DNA from: a bacterium | GTDB taxonomy: Bacteria; Patescibacteriota; Microgenomatia; UBA1400; PJMF01 | DNA: 46,621 nucleotides | NCBI GenBank assembly: GCA_030539095.1 | Contig: JAUNST010000001.1 | Coordinates: 2,377-48,997 of the forward strand | Reading direction: 5' to 3' | Shown here: positions 16,498-24,581 of the stretch, in pieces | Layout of the letters: each line of letters begins with the position of its first letter | How positions within the stretch are numbered: the first letter of the stretch is position 1 | The notes under the pieces: generated by a model | What the model was told of the DNA's origin: nothing | The model's input: only the letters and a program-made list of their open reading frames with translations | Databases searched by the model: none | Position numbers and translations under genes: made by a program

Positions 16498-17850
16498 TTA
16501 TTTTGATGTTTTAGCAAGAAAAAACTTACGTAAATCTAAAGAAAAGCTTAAAAACATTGCTTTTAGATTGGTCCATTCCTGAATTTTGAGCTGATCGTTT
16601 TTTTTATCAAAAAGTAAACGCTTGCAATTAAAATTTCGTTTTTCTTTTTTATCAATTAAGTAGCGTAAAGCTTTTTCTGTGGCCATGCCAGCAGCAACCA
16701 AAGTCGTGCTGCCCATTTGCGGAGTGGTATTTTTAAAAGGACTATCAGATTTATTTTTCAAAAAAAGTCCAGCCTCATCGCTGAAAGCATTTTCCAAACC
16801 CACTAAGTAAATAGCAGCAGTCAAAAAATCTTTTTTCAACAAAACTTCCAACTTTTTATTGCTAATGCCCAAAAAAAGATTTTTTCCGGTTTGCAAATCA
16901 TTAGGATTATTAAAATTAATTTCTGCAATTGAACCAACATCTGCCAATTGGATAATTGGTAAAGAATTTTTTTGGGCTATTTTTAATAAATCAATTTTAT
17001 GAAAAATATTATCAATTGCTTCAATTACTAAATCAACAGCTGGATAATTTTTATTCGCAGAAATATATTTTTGAAAATTTTTAATTGAAAAACCAGCCGG
17101 TTCTAAATAAATGATTTGTGTGGGATCTTGAGCGTGAACTTGTCTGGCAAAAGCAATTGCCTTAGATTCATCGTTGGCTACGTCAAAAACGTCATAAGCA
17201 GTGCGATTAAAATTTGTGGCATTGGGACTTTTTGGATCACCAATGGTGAGATAGCCGATACGCGCGTCGCGTAAAATCATATGTGCTGTTACCGAAGCGA
17301 CGCTCGCACCAGCGACAAGAACGTGTGTCCGATTAAAAATACGACGAATTTCGTACCAACCTTTTTGATAATTTTGATCACGATAAAGCGCGCTTCCACT
17401 AGCAACTAAAGATAATTTATAAGTGGGAAGATTGGGAAATTGGACTGCTTTTACAAAATTGTTTTGAGCGTCAAAATAGAAAGCGTAAAAACCAAAATTT
17501 TTTTTATCAGCAGTATATTGATAACTCAAAAATTCTTTAACTAAATACTGGCAAACTGGATCGCGGCTATTGTGAGTGAAAATTTTTTTTAACTGTTGAT
17601 GCGTACTAGCAACAACGCTCACTATTTGGGCGGCGGAAATTTTTTGCGTGCTTTGATTAATATTGAGAATATATGAACGCCCTTTTTTGACCAAAATATT
17701 TTTGGAAAAAACTTCTTCTGCAGTAAATAATTGCGGTCTACCAGTATAAAACGTTCTTGGATGTTGCAATCGTCGGCGAATTTTTTTTAAATCCCAATCT
17801 TGATTAACGATTTTCTGCCAAATTTCTTTATTGCTCAATTTTGATTTCAT
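16498..17850 (-). CDS. E1/ThiF-like adenylyltransferase-fold protein with a ~175-aa N-terminal extension and a degenerate Gly loop
   Basis: 450 aa. THVLVAGASVASVTAHMILRDARIGYLTIGDPKSPNATNFNRT and DLVIEAIDNIFHKIDLLKIAQKNSLPIIQ follow the ThiF/MoeB/MccB layout, but GxGxxG is replaced by AGASVA. Assignment is by recalled pattern only. Confidence 0.5.
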   Translation of the reverse strand: MKSKLSNKEIWQKIVNQDWDLKKIRRRLQHPRTFYTGRPQLFTAEEVFSKNILVKKGRSYILNINQSTQKISAAQIVSVVASTHQQLKKIFTHNSRDPVCQYLVKEFLSYQYTADKKNFGFYAFYFDAQNNFVKAVQFPNLPTYKLSLVASGSALYRDQNYQKGWYEIRRIFNRTHVLVAGASVASVTAHMILRDARIGYLTIGDPKSPNATNFNRTAYDVFDVANDESKAIAFARQVHAQDPTQIIYLEPAGFSIKNFQKYISANKNYPAVDLVIEAIDNIFHKIDLLKIAQKNSLPIIQLADVGSIAEINFNNPNDLQTGKNLFLGISNKKLEVLLKKDFLTAAIYLVGLENAFSDEAGLFLKNKSDSPFKNTTPQMGSTTLVAAGMATEKALRYLIDKKEKRNFNCKRLLFDKKNDQLKIQEWTNLKAMFLSFSLDLRKFFLAKTSK

Positions 17851-18556
17851 AAGCGGCGATTTCTGTGAAATAACGCGGATGAATTTTCATAAATTTTTTA
17901 GTCATTTTATTATGCACAAATTTTGTGTGAGGAATTAATTGGCTGTCAATACCAGCAGCAGTAACAAAATGATGGACATTCTCGCGCATCGTTACTCCCA
18001 GCCACGATTGTTGCGGTTTTTTAATTAGGCTTTGCAAAAAATGGAACATTTTTTGCAAAATTTGCATCTTAAAACTTAAATCGTTTTCTAAATCTAAAAG
18101 CGGATGAAAAGCTAATCGCTCTACTTCGTAAGGAATTAATTTTTTTTCTTGATGCGGCCATAAACAATCTTTTGGTAAAGTAAAAAAAGAAAAAATTTCT
18201 AAATTATCACTCTGCACCAAACGAGCTGTTCCTAAAATTAATTCTTTATTGTTTAACTTAATTTTCGCTACCAAAGTTTTAGTATGGGGAGCGTCTTTAA
18301 TTGCTTGAAAAGAGTTGGCGGTTGACTTTGTGCCGTTGCTATAACGCCAGTTGTAAGCTACTTGCACAATTTTTTCGATGATGGGAAAATCCCGATCTTC
18401 AGCTAAACTTAATTTTATTTTTTTAACATCTAAATGATTAAAAAACGGCTCTCCATCTTTCAATAATTCTTGAGTAATATTAACTAAATCGGAATCTTGG
18501 CTGAGTTTTTTAATTTTGTCCAAATATGTTTTTGATATAGTTTGATAATCGCGCAT
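17828..18556 (-). CDS. Putative GNAT-superfamily LuxI/FeeM-like N-acyltransferase (tentative)
   Basis: 242 aa. LILGTARLVQSD...IPYEVERLAFHP...FVTAAGI resembles the G..RL / E.(S/E)R(F/L)A blocks of autoinducer synthase and N-acyl amino acid synthase folds. It overlaps the downstream E1-like gene by 23 nt. Confidence 0.35.
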   Translation of the reverse strand: MRDYQTISKTYLDKIKKLSQDSDLVNITQELLKDGEPFFNHLDVKKIKLSLAEDRDFPIIEKIVQVAYNWRYSNGTKSTANSFQAIKDAPHTKTLVAKIKLNNKELILGTARLVQSDNLEIFSFFTLPKDCLWPHQEKKLIPYEVERLAFHPLLDLENDLSFKMQILQKMFHFLQSLIKKPQQSWLGVTMRENVHHFVTAAGIDSQLIPHTKFVHNKMTKKFMKIHPRYFTEIAAYEIKIEQ

Positions 18557-18558
18557 AT

Positions 18559-18587
18559 TTGACTTTCTGCTACTATCGTAGTATTTT
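18559..18587 (+). promoter_or_regulatory. Candidate sigma70-type promoter (TTGACT-17 nt-TATTTT) for the acyl ligase gene
   Basis: It lies in the 62-nt divergent region between 18556 and the ATG at 18619. Confidence 0.35.
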
Positions 18588-18618
18588 TATCATATTGATT
18601 ATAAACAGAAGCCTGTCC

Positions 18619-20247
18619 ATGTCAAGTTGCAATTATCAATATCCCCTTAATAAAGTTGAAACTCTGAATAGCTTTCGCGAGCTGATTAATTACGGTGCGG
18701 AAAAATTTGCCCAACGACCAGCTTTTATTTACCAAAATAATGAAGATGAACCTTTAAAAACTGTTACTTATCAACAATGGCGAGATGAAGTGACTAGCGC
18801 TAGCGCTGGTTTAGTGCGTTTGTTGAAACTTTCTAGTCAGAGACGCGAGGGCAAAAAAATTGCCGTCATTGCCGGCAATAGTTATTCTTGGGTTTTAGCT
18901 TATTTTGCCATTGTTAATATTAATCAAGTAGTGGTGCCTTTAGATTGGCAATTACCTGTTCGCGATTTGATTAATGCTTTGCAAAAAGCTAATGTAAGTG
19001 CAATTATTTTTGCGCCAGAAATTGCTGATAAAATTGCAGAAATTAAGGCTGCAAATTTAAAAATTCGCCATTTTATTAGTTGGCAAAAAAATTCCGTTAC
19101 TACTGTCACCTGGGCGCAAGTAATGGATAACGGTGCTAAAGAGTTGGTTGAAAATCCAGATTTTAATAAAGAATGGTCGGTTTATCCAGATGCTTTGTCT
19201 ACGATTATGTTCACTTCTGGCACTATTTCTTCGCCAAAAGGCGTTATGCTCACTCAAAGTGGCTTACTTGCTAATGCTACCGGCATTGCTCAACTTCTTG
19301 ATTTAAATCAAGAAGTTCTATTGTCCGTTTTGCCACTTTTTCATGCTTACGAATTTACAGCCGGCACTTTAACCCAACTTTATAGTGGCAGTACTATTTA
19401 TTATTTACCTGGCGGCTTGCATAATTTTGCTCAAAACTTACAAAAAGTGCGGCCGACTTTATTATTTTTAGTGCCTTTAATAGTGGAAGGCTGTTATTCG
19501 CGCATCGTCCAAGCTTTGCCGGAAAATTCCGAACAAAAAACCATTAATCAAGTGACTAAAAAATATTTTGGCGGCCGTTTACGAAAAATTATCGTTGGCG
19601 GTGCGCCCCTTAATCCGGAAGTAGCGGATAAATTTGAGGAAATGAAAACTACCATAATTCAAGGCTACGGCGCTTCGGAAAATTCGCCCGTAATTGCCAC
19701 TGGTCGCGATCGAGCAAACAAACATAAATCTGTCGGCTTTCCCCTGCCAAACTCAAAGGTGAAAATTGACCAACCAAACGAGGAAGGCATTGGTGAAATT
19801 TTGGTTCACGGGCCAAGTGTGATGCTTGGCTATTATTGTGATGAGAAAAAAACTAATGAAGCAATTGTTGATGGCTGGCTGCACACCGGAGATTACGGTT
19901 ATTTCGACGATGATGGTTTTCTTTATGTGGCCGGAAGAAAGAAAAACGTTATTATCGGTAAAAATGCCAAGAATATTTATCCCGAAGAATTGGAATTTTT
20001 ATTAAATAATCAGGACGGCATTACCGAAAGTTTGGTTTATGGAGAAATAATTAATGATGATGTGCAAGTGGCGGCTTTGATTGTGCCGCAAGCCAATTTA
20101 AATTTGCCGCTAGACGAATTGCAAGCTTTTGTGAGGCAAAAAGTGAAAGCTATTAATCGTAATAATGCGCCGTATAAGGAAATTAAAAAATGGCGATTGG
20201 TAGCTGGTTTACCTAGAAACGTAGTCGGTAAAATTAAAAGAACTTGA
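18619..20247 (+). CDS. AMP-dependent synthetase/ligase (long-chain fatty acyl-CoA or acyl-AMP ligase, FadD-like)
   Basis: Start moved to the ATG at 18619 (MSSCNYQYPL...), because the upstream 20 codons of the track ORF cover the promoter region. AMP-binding motif IMFTSGTISSPKGVMLT, plus YGASENS and GWLHTGDYGYFDDDGFLYVAGRKK. Confidence 0.85.
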   Translation: MSSCNYQYPLNKVETLNSFRELINYGAEKFAQRPAFIYQNNEDEPLKTVTYQQWRDEVTSASAGLVRLLKLSSQRREGKKIAVIAGNSYSWVLAYFAIVNINQVVVPLDWQLPVRDLINALQKANVSAIIFAPEIADKIAEIKAANLKIRHFISWQKNSVTTVTWAQVMDNGAKELVENPDFNKEWSVYPDALSTIMFTSGTISSPKGVMLTQSGLLANATGIAQLLDLNQEVLLSVLPLFHAYEFTAGTLTQLYSGSTIYYLPGGLHNFAQNLQKVRPTLLFLVPLIVEGCYSRIVQALPENSEQKTINQVTKKYFGGRLRKIIVGGAPLNPEVADKFEEMKTTIIQGYGASENSPVIATGRDRANKHKSVGFPLPNSKVKIDQPNEEGIGEILVHGPSVMLGYYCDEKKTNEAIVDGWLHTGDYGYFDDDGFLYVAGRKKNVIIGKNAKNIYPEELEFLLNNQDGITESLVYGEIINDDVQVAALIVPQANLNLPLDELQAFVRQKVKAINRNNAPYKEIKKWRLVAGLPRNVVGKIKRT

Positions 20248-20251
20248 AATG

Positions 20252-20260
20252 TGATATAAT
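20252..20260 (+). promoter_or_regulatory. Extended -10 (TGATATAAT) upstream of the response regulator
   Basis: tgtgatataatgaaatt, then a ~30-nt leader with AGAGG before the ATG at 20293. Confidence 0.45.
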
Positions 20261-20292
20261 GAAATTGAGAGAAATAGCAGAGAGGCGACGAT

Positions 20293-20679
20293 ATGGCAAA
20301 AGGTAAAAAAATTTTACTGGTTGAAGATGAAACTGAGCTGCGCGAACTATACGAAATGCTGCTCAAAGACGCTGGTTATGACGTTACTTCCAAAGCTGAT
20401 GGCAAAAGTGGTCTAGAGGCTTTGGAGGAAGGCGGTTTTGATTTGGTGCTTTTGGATATTATGTTGCCTTTTATCGACGGTTTGGAAATTTTGGAGAGAC
20501 TTTCTGACTCCAAAGATGCCAAGCAACCTACAAAAACAATTGTTTTGCTAACTAATTTGGCGCAAGATCAAACTATTGCTAAAGCCTTGGAATTTGGTGT
20601 GCGTGGTTATATGATTAAGAGTGATTATAATCCGGAGCAACTTTTGCAATCAGTGCAAGATTTTTTGGCTGAAAACTAA
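20293..20679 (+). CDS. Single-domain response regulator (receiver only, CheY-like)
   Basis: 128 aa. KKILLVEDE, the phospho-acceptor context DLVLLDIMLP and a conserved Lys region (GYMIKS). There is no output domain. Confidence 0.9.
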   Translation: MAKGKKILLVEDETELRELYEMLLKDAGYDVTSKADGKSGLEALEEGGFDLVLLDIMLPFIDGLEILERLSDSKDAKQPTKTIVLLTNLAQDQTIAKALEFGVRGYMIKSDYNPEQLLQSVQDFLAEN

Positions 20680-21641
20680 ATTTCCTCTTTTTGTAAAAAA
20701 TCTTGCACGTCTAGAGCTGCTCTAGCGCCGCCTCCGGCGGCGATAATTACTTGAGCTTTTTCATCGGCGACGATGTCGCCAGCGGCAAAAACGTTTTTAA
20801 TGCTAGTGACAGTTTTATAGTTTGTTTCTACTGGCGCCATTTCTCCAGTTAATAAATAACCAGCTTCGTCGGTAGCGAATTGATCGCTAAAAAGTTGATT
20901 TGCTGGAGTTTGTCCAATCGCTAAAAATAAACCGTCAATCGCTAATTCTTTTTGTGATTGATCTTGAGTATTTTTGATGACGATTTTTTTCAGTTGTGAA
21001 TCGCCAAGTAATTGGATTATTTGATGGAAAAAAATCGTTTCAATTTTTTTATTTTCTTGAATTTGCTTTTGCAAATAATCGTCCGCTTTCATGGTTGCAC
21101 CACGAATAATTAAATATACTTTTTCAGCGTAGCGACTGAGAAGCAGGGCTTCTTCAGCGGCTTTGTTGCCGGAGCCAGCCACCCCAACAATTTTATTTTT
21201 ATAAAACGGCCCGTCGCAGATAGCGCAAAAAGCTAAGCCTCGCCCAAAAAATTTTTCCTCTTCTGGCAGAGCCAATTTTTTGGGCTCGCTGCCAGTGGCA
21301 ATAATTAAAGTACGCGTTTGGTAGTCTGGCGGCTGATCGCTAGCGCTAGTAGTCCAGACGTTGATCGGAGAATTAGTGCAATCGAGACGAGTAACAATTT
21401 CTGGCACAATTTGTGCCCCGAATTTTTCTGCTTGAGCAAAAAATTTTTGGCTTAGTTCTGTGCCAGAAATTCCTTCCGGAAAACCGGGATAATTTTCTAC
21501 TTTTTCTGTCCAAATTGGCTGGCCACCAGCCAATTTGCCAGTCAACACCAGCGGCTCTAAATGAAAACGCGTCAAATAAATCGCCGCGCTCATGCCGGCT
21601 GGACCTGAGCCAATAATTAAAGTTTTTCTAATGTCCGTCAT
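20676..21641 (-). CDS. trxB: Thioredoxin-disulfide reductase
   Basis: 321 aa. FAD motif IIGSGPAGMSAAIY, redox-active CAICDG and NADPH motif GVAGSGNKAAEEA. Confidence 0.92.
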   Translation of the reverse strand: MTDIRKTLIIGSGPAGMSAAIYLTRFHLEPLVLTGKLAGGQPIWTEKVENYPGFPEGISGTELSQKFFAQAEKFGAQIVPEIVTRLDCTNSPINVWTTSASDQPPDYQTRTLIIATGSEPKKLALPEEEKFFGRGLAFCAICDGPFYKNKIVGVAGSGNKAAEEALLLSRYAEKVYLIIRGATMKADDYLQKQIQENKKIETIFFHQIIQLLGDSQLKKIVIKNTQDQSQKELAIDGLFLAIGQTPANQLFSDQFATDEAGYLLTGEMAPVETNYKTVTSIKNVFAAGDIVADEKAQVIIAAGGGARAALDVQDFLQKEEI

Positions 21642-21973
21642 TATTTCAAATTTTTGGTGATTAAATTTTCAAAACCATTTTTACCCAAAAATCCGCTGGC
21701 CCGCTCTACCTCTACTCCATCTTTAAAAATTACAATCGTGGGCATGCTCATGATACCATATTCGTTAACGCTATTTGGAGCTAAATCTACGTCTATTTTT
21801 GCCACTGCCACTTTATCTTTATATTGGCGAGCCAATTCTTCAATAATTGGAGCTGTCATTTGGCATGGTCCGCACCAAGTGGCAAAAAAATCGATCATGA
21901 CTAATTTATCTTTGTGTTTTTCAATAAAACCGGCTAAGGCGTCATCTTCTAAATGAATAGCTGCATCAGACAT
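21641..21973 (-). CDS. trxA: Thioredoxin
   Basis: 110 aa with WCGPC active site. The stop overlaps the trxB start (TAATG). Confidence 0.93.
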   Translation of the reverse strand: MSDAAIHLEDDALAGFIEKHKDKLVMIDFFATWCGPCQMTAPIIEELARQYKDKVAVAKIDVDLAPNSVNEYGIMSMPTIVIFKDGVEVERASGFLGKNGFENLITKNLK

Positions 21974-22042
21974 AAAATTTTCCTTTCGTCCTTATTTTAG
22001 CCGATTTTTTTTACTTATCAGCGCCAAAAAAGCAGCCTTAAA

Positions 22043-22070
22043 TTGACAAGTAAAGTTTTTATGAGATAAT
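22043..22070 (+). promoter_or_regulatory. Canonical sigma70 promoter TTGACA-16 nt-GATAAT (with upstream TG) for the orphan gene
   Basis: ttgacaagtaaagtttttatgagataat. This is one of the few full -35/-10 promoters in the window. Confidence 0.5.
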
Positions 22071-22117
22071 CGGCTGGCTCTTTTCACTCAACTGTCTGTA
22101 GAATGGAGGGATTAGTC

Positions 22118-22405
22118 ATGTTTGTTTGGCGACCGCATCTTGTCGAAAAAAACGATGGCGATTATCTGTACAACCGACACCAAGATCAACTGATCGTTTG
22201 CCTGTCTCGCATCGTGCTGAACAAGCCTGGTCGCTGGTTGGTGGCTCTTGGCACGAACGGTCACGACTACTTCACTGTCAATCGTTTAGGTCTGGTGAAG
22301 CAGATCAGCAATAAGACGGTGCAGATCTGGAAAAACCACCAATCGGACGATTGCGAAAACAAGCGGCGGCTGATGGACGCTGTGGACTACAAACAGGAAA
22401 ACTGA
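22118..22405 (+). CDS. Orphan hypothetical protein (95 aa) in a compositionally atypical cassette
   Basis: I prefer the ATG at 22118, preceded by GGAGGG, over the track start at 22103. The gene is visibly richer in G+C than its flanks and uses CTG/GAC/CGC codons where neighbours use TTA/TTG/GAT. No recognisable motif. Confidence 0.5.
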   Translation: MFVWRPHLVEKNDGDYLYNRHQDQLIVCLSRIVLNKPGRWLVALGTNGHDYFTVNRLGLVKQISNKTVQIWKNHQSDDCENKRRLMDAVDYKQEN

Positions 22406-22412
22406 AAAGTGC

Positions 22413-22438
22413 AAGCCGCGCCCAAAGCGCGGCTTTTA
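22413..22438 (+). terminator. Intrinsic terminator
   Basis: agccgcgc-ccaaa-gcgcggct followed by TTTT. Confidence 0.7.
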
Positions 22439-22455
22439 TCTTGAGAAAGTCATTC

Positions 22456-22484
22456 TTGCATTTTTTGCGTTAATCGATTATAAT
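22456..22484 (+). promoter_or_regulatory. Promoter TTGCAT-17 nt-TATAAT ending 6 nt before the Fic ATG (leaderless geometry)
   Basis: cttgcattttttgcgttaatcgattataat-caaggc-ATG. Confidence 0.5.
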
Positions 22485-22490
22485 CAAGGC

Positions 22491-23579
22491 ATGTTCCAGC
22501 CTAACTATACCATCACCAACAATCTCATTATGTATTTGTCTCGTATTGAAGCCGCTCGAGCTTTAATTGAGAATTCCCCGCTCGTTCCTGCGTGGGAAAT
22601 GAAATTTCGTAATGAAGCTTTGCAGAGAACAGTCCATTTTGGTACCAAAATTGAAGGTAATGATCTCACTCGCGAACAAGCTAGCCAAGTGGTGATGATC
22701 GATGACAGCAATTTGCGCTCAATTAGCGAAAAAGCTGGTATCGTGGCGCGTGATCGCGATATTCAAGAAGTAATTAATTATCGCAACGTGGTTTGGTGGA
22801 TCGATCAACAGCAAACTAATGGCACAGATAATTTACTTACGGAAAAAACTTTAAAAAAGTTACATAGTTTAACGGTTAATCGTTTAATCGATGATGAATA
22901 CGTGGGCGTTTATCGCGATAAACAAGTGGTAATTAAAAGTGTTGACGGCGAGCAAATCGCCTTTCGTCCGCCGCATAGTACAGAAGTACCTTTTTTGTTA
23001 GCGGATTTTTTCGCTTGGTTAAATCATCCTAGCACTTTACAGATTCATCCGATTGTTCGCGCAGCTATTGTGCATTACCAGTTGGTGAACATTCATCCGT
23101 TTGTGGAAGGCAATGGCCGGACAGCGCGCGCCATGGCCACTTTGGTGCTTTATTTAGCGAAATACGATTTCAAAAAGTTTTTTTCCATGGAACAATACTT
23201 CGATATGGATGTTGAACGCTACTATCAAGCGCTTTTGTCCGTGCAACAAAGCGGCAATCAGGATCTCACCTACTGGCTAGAATATTTTGGCTACGGCTTA
23301 GCAATTGAAGTTGACAAAGTGAAACAGCAGGTGATGAAACTTTCTAAAGATCTTAAATTAAAAGAGCAATTAGGTAAACAAATTTCTCTTTCGGAAAGAC
23401 AAATTATTTTATTGGAAATTTTACATCACCAAGGAGAAATTACTTCGGAAGAAGCTCAACAAGCATTGCCAAACATTTCTACTGATACAATTTTGCGCGA
23501 TATGAAGGACTTAATTAAAAAAGGAGTCATTGAGAAGAAAGGTGTCACTAAGGGTGTACGCTACGTTCTTAGTGAGTAA
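22491..23579 (+). CDS. Fic-family protein (AMPylase-type) with a C-terminal winged-helix domain
   Basis: 362 aa. The canonical Fic motif HPFVEGNGRTAR lies at 23094-23129. An N-terminal inhibitory-helix-like GTKIEGN lies at 22641-22661. The C-terminus (LSERQIILLEIL...TILRDMKDLIKKGVI) looks like a wHTH. Confidence 0.9.
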   Translation: MFQPNYTITNNLIMYLSRIEAARALIENSPLVPAWEMKFRNEALQRTVHFGTKIEGNDLTREQASQVVMIDDSNLRSISEKAGIVARDRDIQEVINYRNVVWWIDQQQTNGTDNLLTEKTLKKLHSLTVNRLIDDEYVGVYRDKQVVIKSVDGEQIAFRPPHSTEVPFLLADFFAWLNHPSTLQIHPIVRAAIVHYQLVNIHPFVEGNGRTARAMATLVLYLAKYDFKKFFSMEQYFDMDVERYYQALLSVQQSGNQDLTYWLEYFGYGLAIEVDKVKQQVMKLSKDLKLKEQLGKQISLSERQIILLEILHHQGEITSEEAQQALPNISTDTILRDMKDLIKKGVIEKKGVTKGVRYVLSE

Positions 23580-24514
23580 TGAAATTATCTCGCTCAGTCA
23601 TAATTAAAATCATTTTAATTATTTTAGGTGTGGGCTTATTAATTTTTATCGTCAAAAATTATCAGCCGCAACAAGCGCAAATTATCTCTCAACAACAAGA
23701 AAAAATTGCTACTCAATTAGCTTTGAATACAGGCGTTCCTCAACAGCAAGATCTTCAAACTTGGCAAGTTTTTTACAATCTTGAGTATACTGGTTTAGAA
23801 AACTTCCAGGTTTCAACCTTGGTTGCGAACACGTTTAATCAAGTGGCACTTTTAGATGCGACAACGCAGCAATTATTACTTATAGATCTGGCTAGTAAGA
23901 GTTTTGAACTTTTATCTTTGCCAAATTTTGGGCTTGCCACTACCGCTCTTGCTTGGGACGGTGACACACTTCTGGCATACAGCGATGCGCTTTATGCTTA
24001 TCAGCAAAAAACTAAAACCTGGCAACCTTTAACTTCCCCATTAGTTCTGCCAACAAGAGTGACTTTATTGCAAAAATTTGATCAAAATTACTATCTCTTT
24101 GGTGCTAATACGATTCAAAAATTGAATTTAGCCACCAACGATGGGCAAAAAAATTCCAATTGGTTAAATGAAGGAGAAAGCGTCGGTCAAAATTTAATTG
24201 ACGTCTGGATTGATGGCACAATTTTTGTGAGTGATCAAAATTTAGGTTTACGTCAATATCTGCGCGGGCGTGAAGTGGCAACTAAAATTGCCGCTAATTT
24301 AGTGCCGCCATTATATTTAGCAAAAAAAAGTGATGATTTTTTTGTTCTTTCTAGTACTCAAGGAGAAATTACGCGTTTTAACGAAAACGGCGAAGCTTTA
24401 CAAACTTGGTCTGAGCCTCTTTTACAAGGTAGTCGCTGGTTGTGGTTTAATGCAGAACAAACGAATTTGTTTGTCTTGAAAGATAATTTATTGTATAATT
24501 TAGGAATTGACTAG
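23579..24514 (+). CDS. Hypothetical N-terminally membrane-anchored protein, probably a beta-rich repeat (propeller-like) ectodomain
   Basis: 311 aa. TM IIKIILIILGVGLLIFIV, then a Q-rich linker and repeated short beta-like segments. The start overlaps the Fic stop (TAATG at 23577-23581). Confidence 0.5.
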   Translation: MKLSRSVIIKIILIILGVGLLIFIVKNYQPQQAQIISQQQEKIATQLALNTGVPQQQDLQTWQVFYNLEYTGLENFQVSTLVANTFNQVALLDATTQQLLLIDLASKSFELLSLPNFGLATTALAWDGDTLLAYSDALYAYQQKTKTWQPLTSPLVLPTRVTLLQKFDQNYYLFGANTIQKLNLATNDGQKNSNWLNEGESVGQNLIDVWIDGTIFVSDQNLGLRQYLRGREVATKIAANLVPPLYLAKKSDDFFVLSSTQGEITRFNENGEALQTWSEPLLQGSRWLWFNAEQTNLFVLKDNLLYNLGID

Positions 24515-24581
24515 TTGCAAAATAAAAAAAGTTGTGCTAGAATGTGATTTAGAAAAGTTGTTAGTGGTAAAGGAAAAAAAT

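Noticed and set aside
22126-22314. Alternative-frame 62-aa ORF inside the orphan cassette
   Set aside because: It lies entirely within the longer frame that has the Shine-Dalgarno sequence and terminator, and its Arg/Ser-rich translation is typical of an off-frame artefact.
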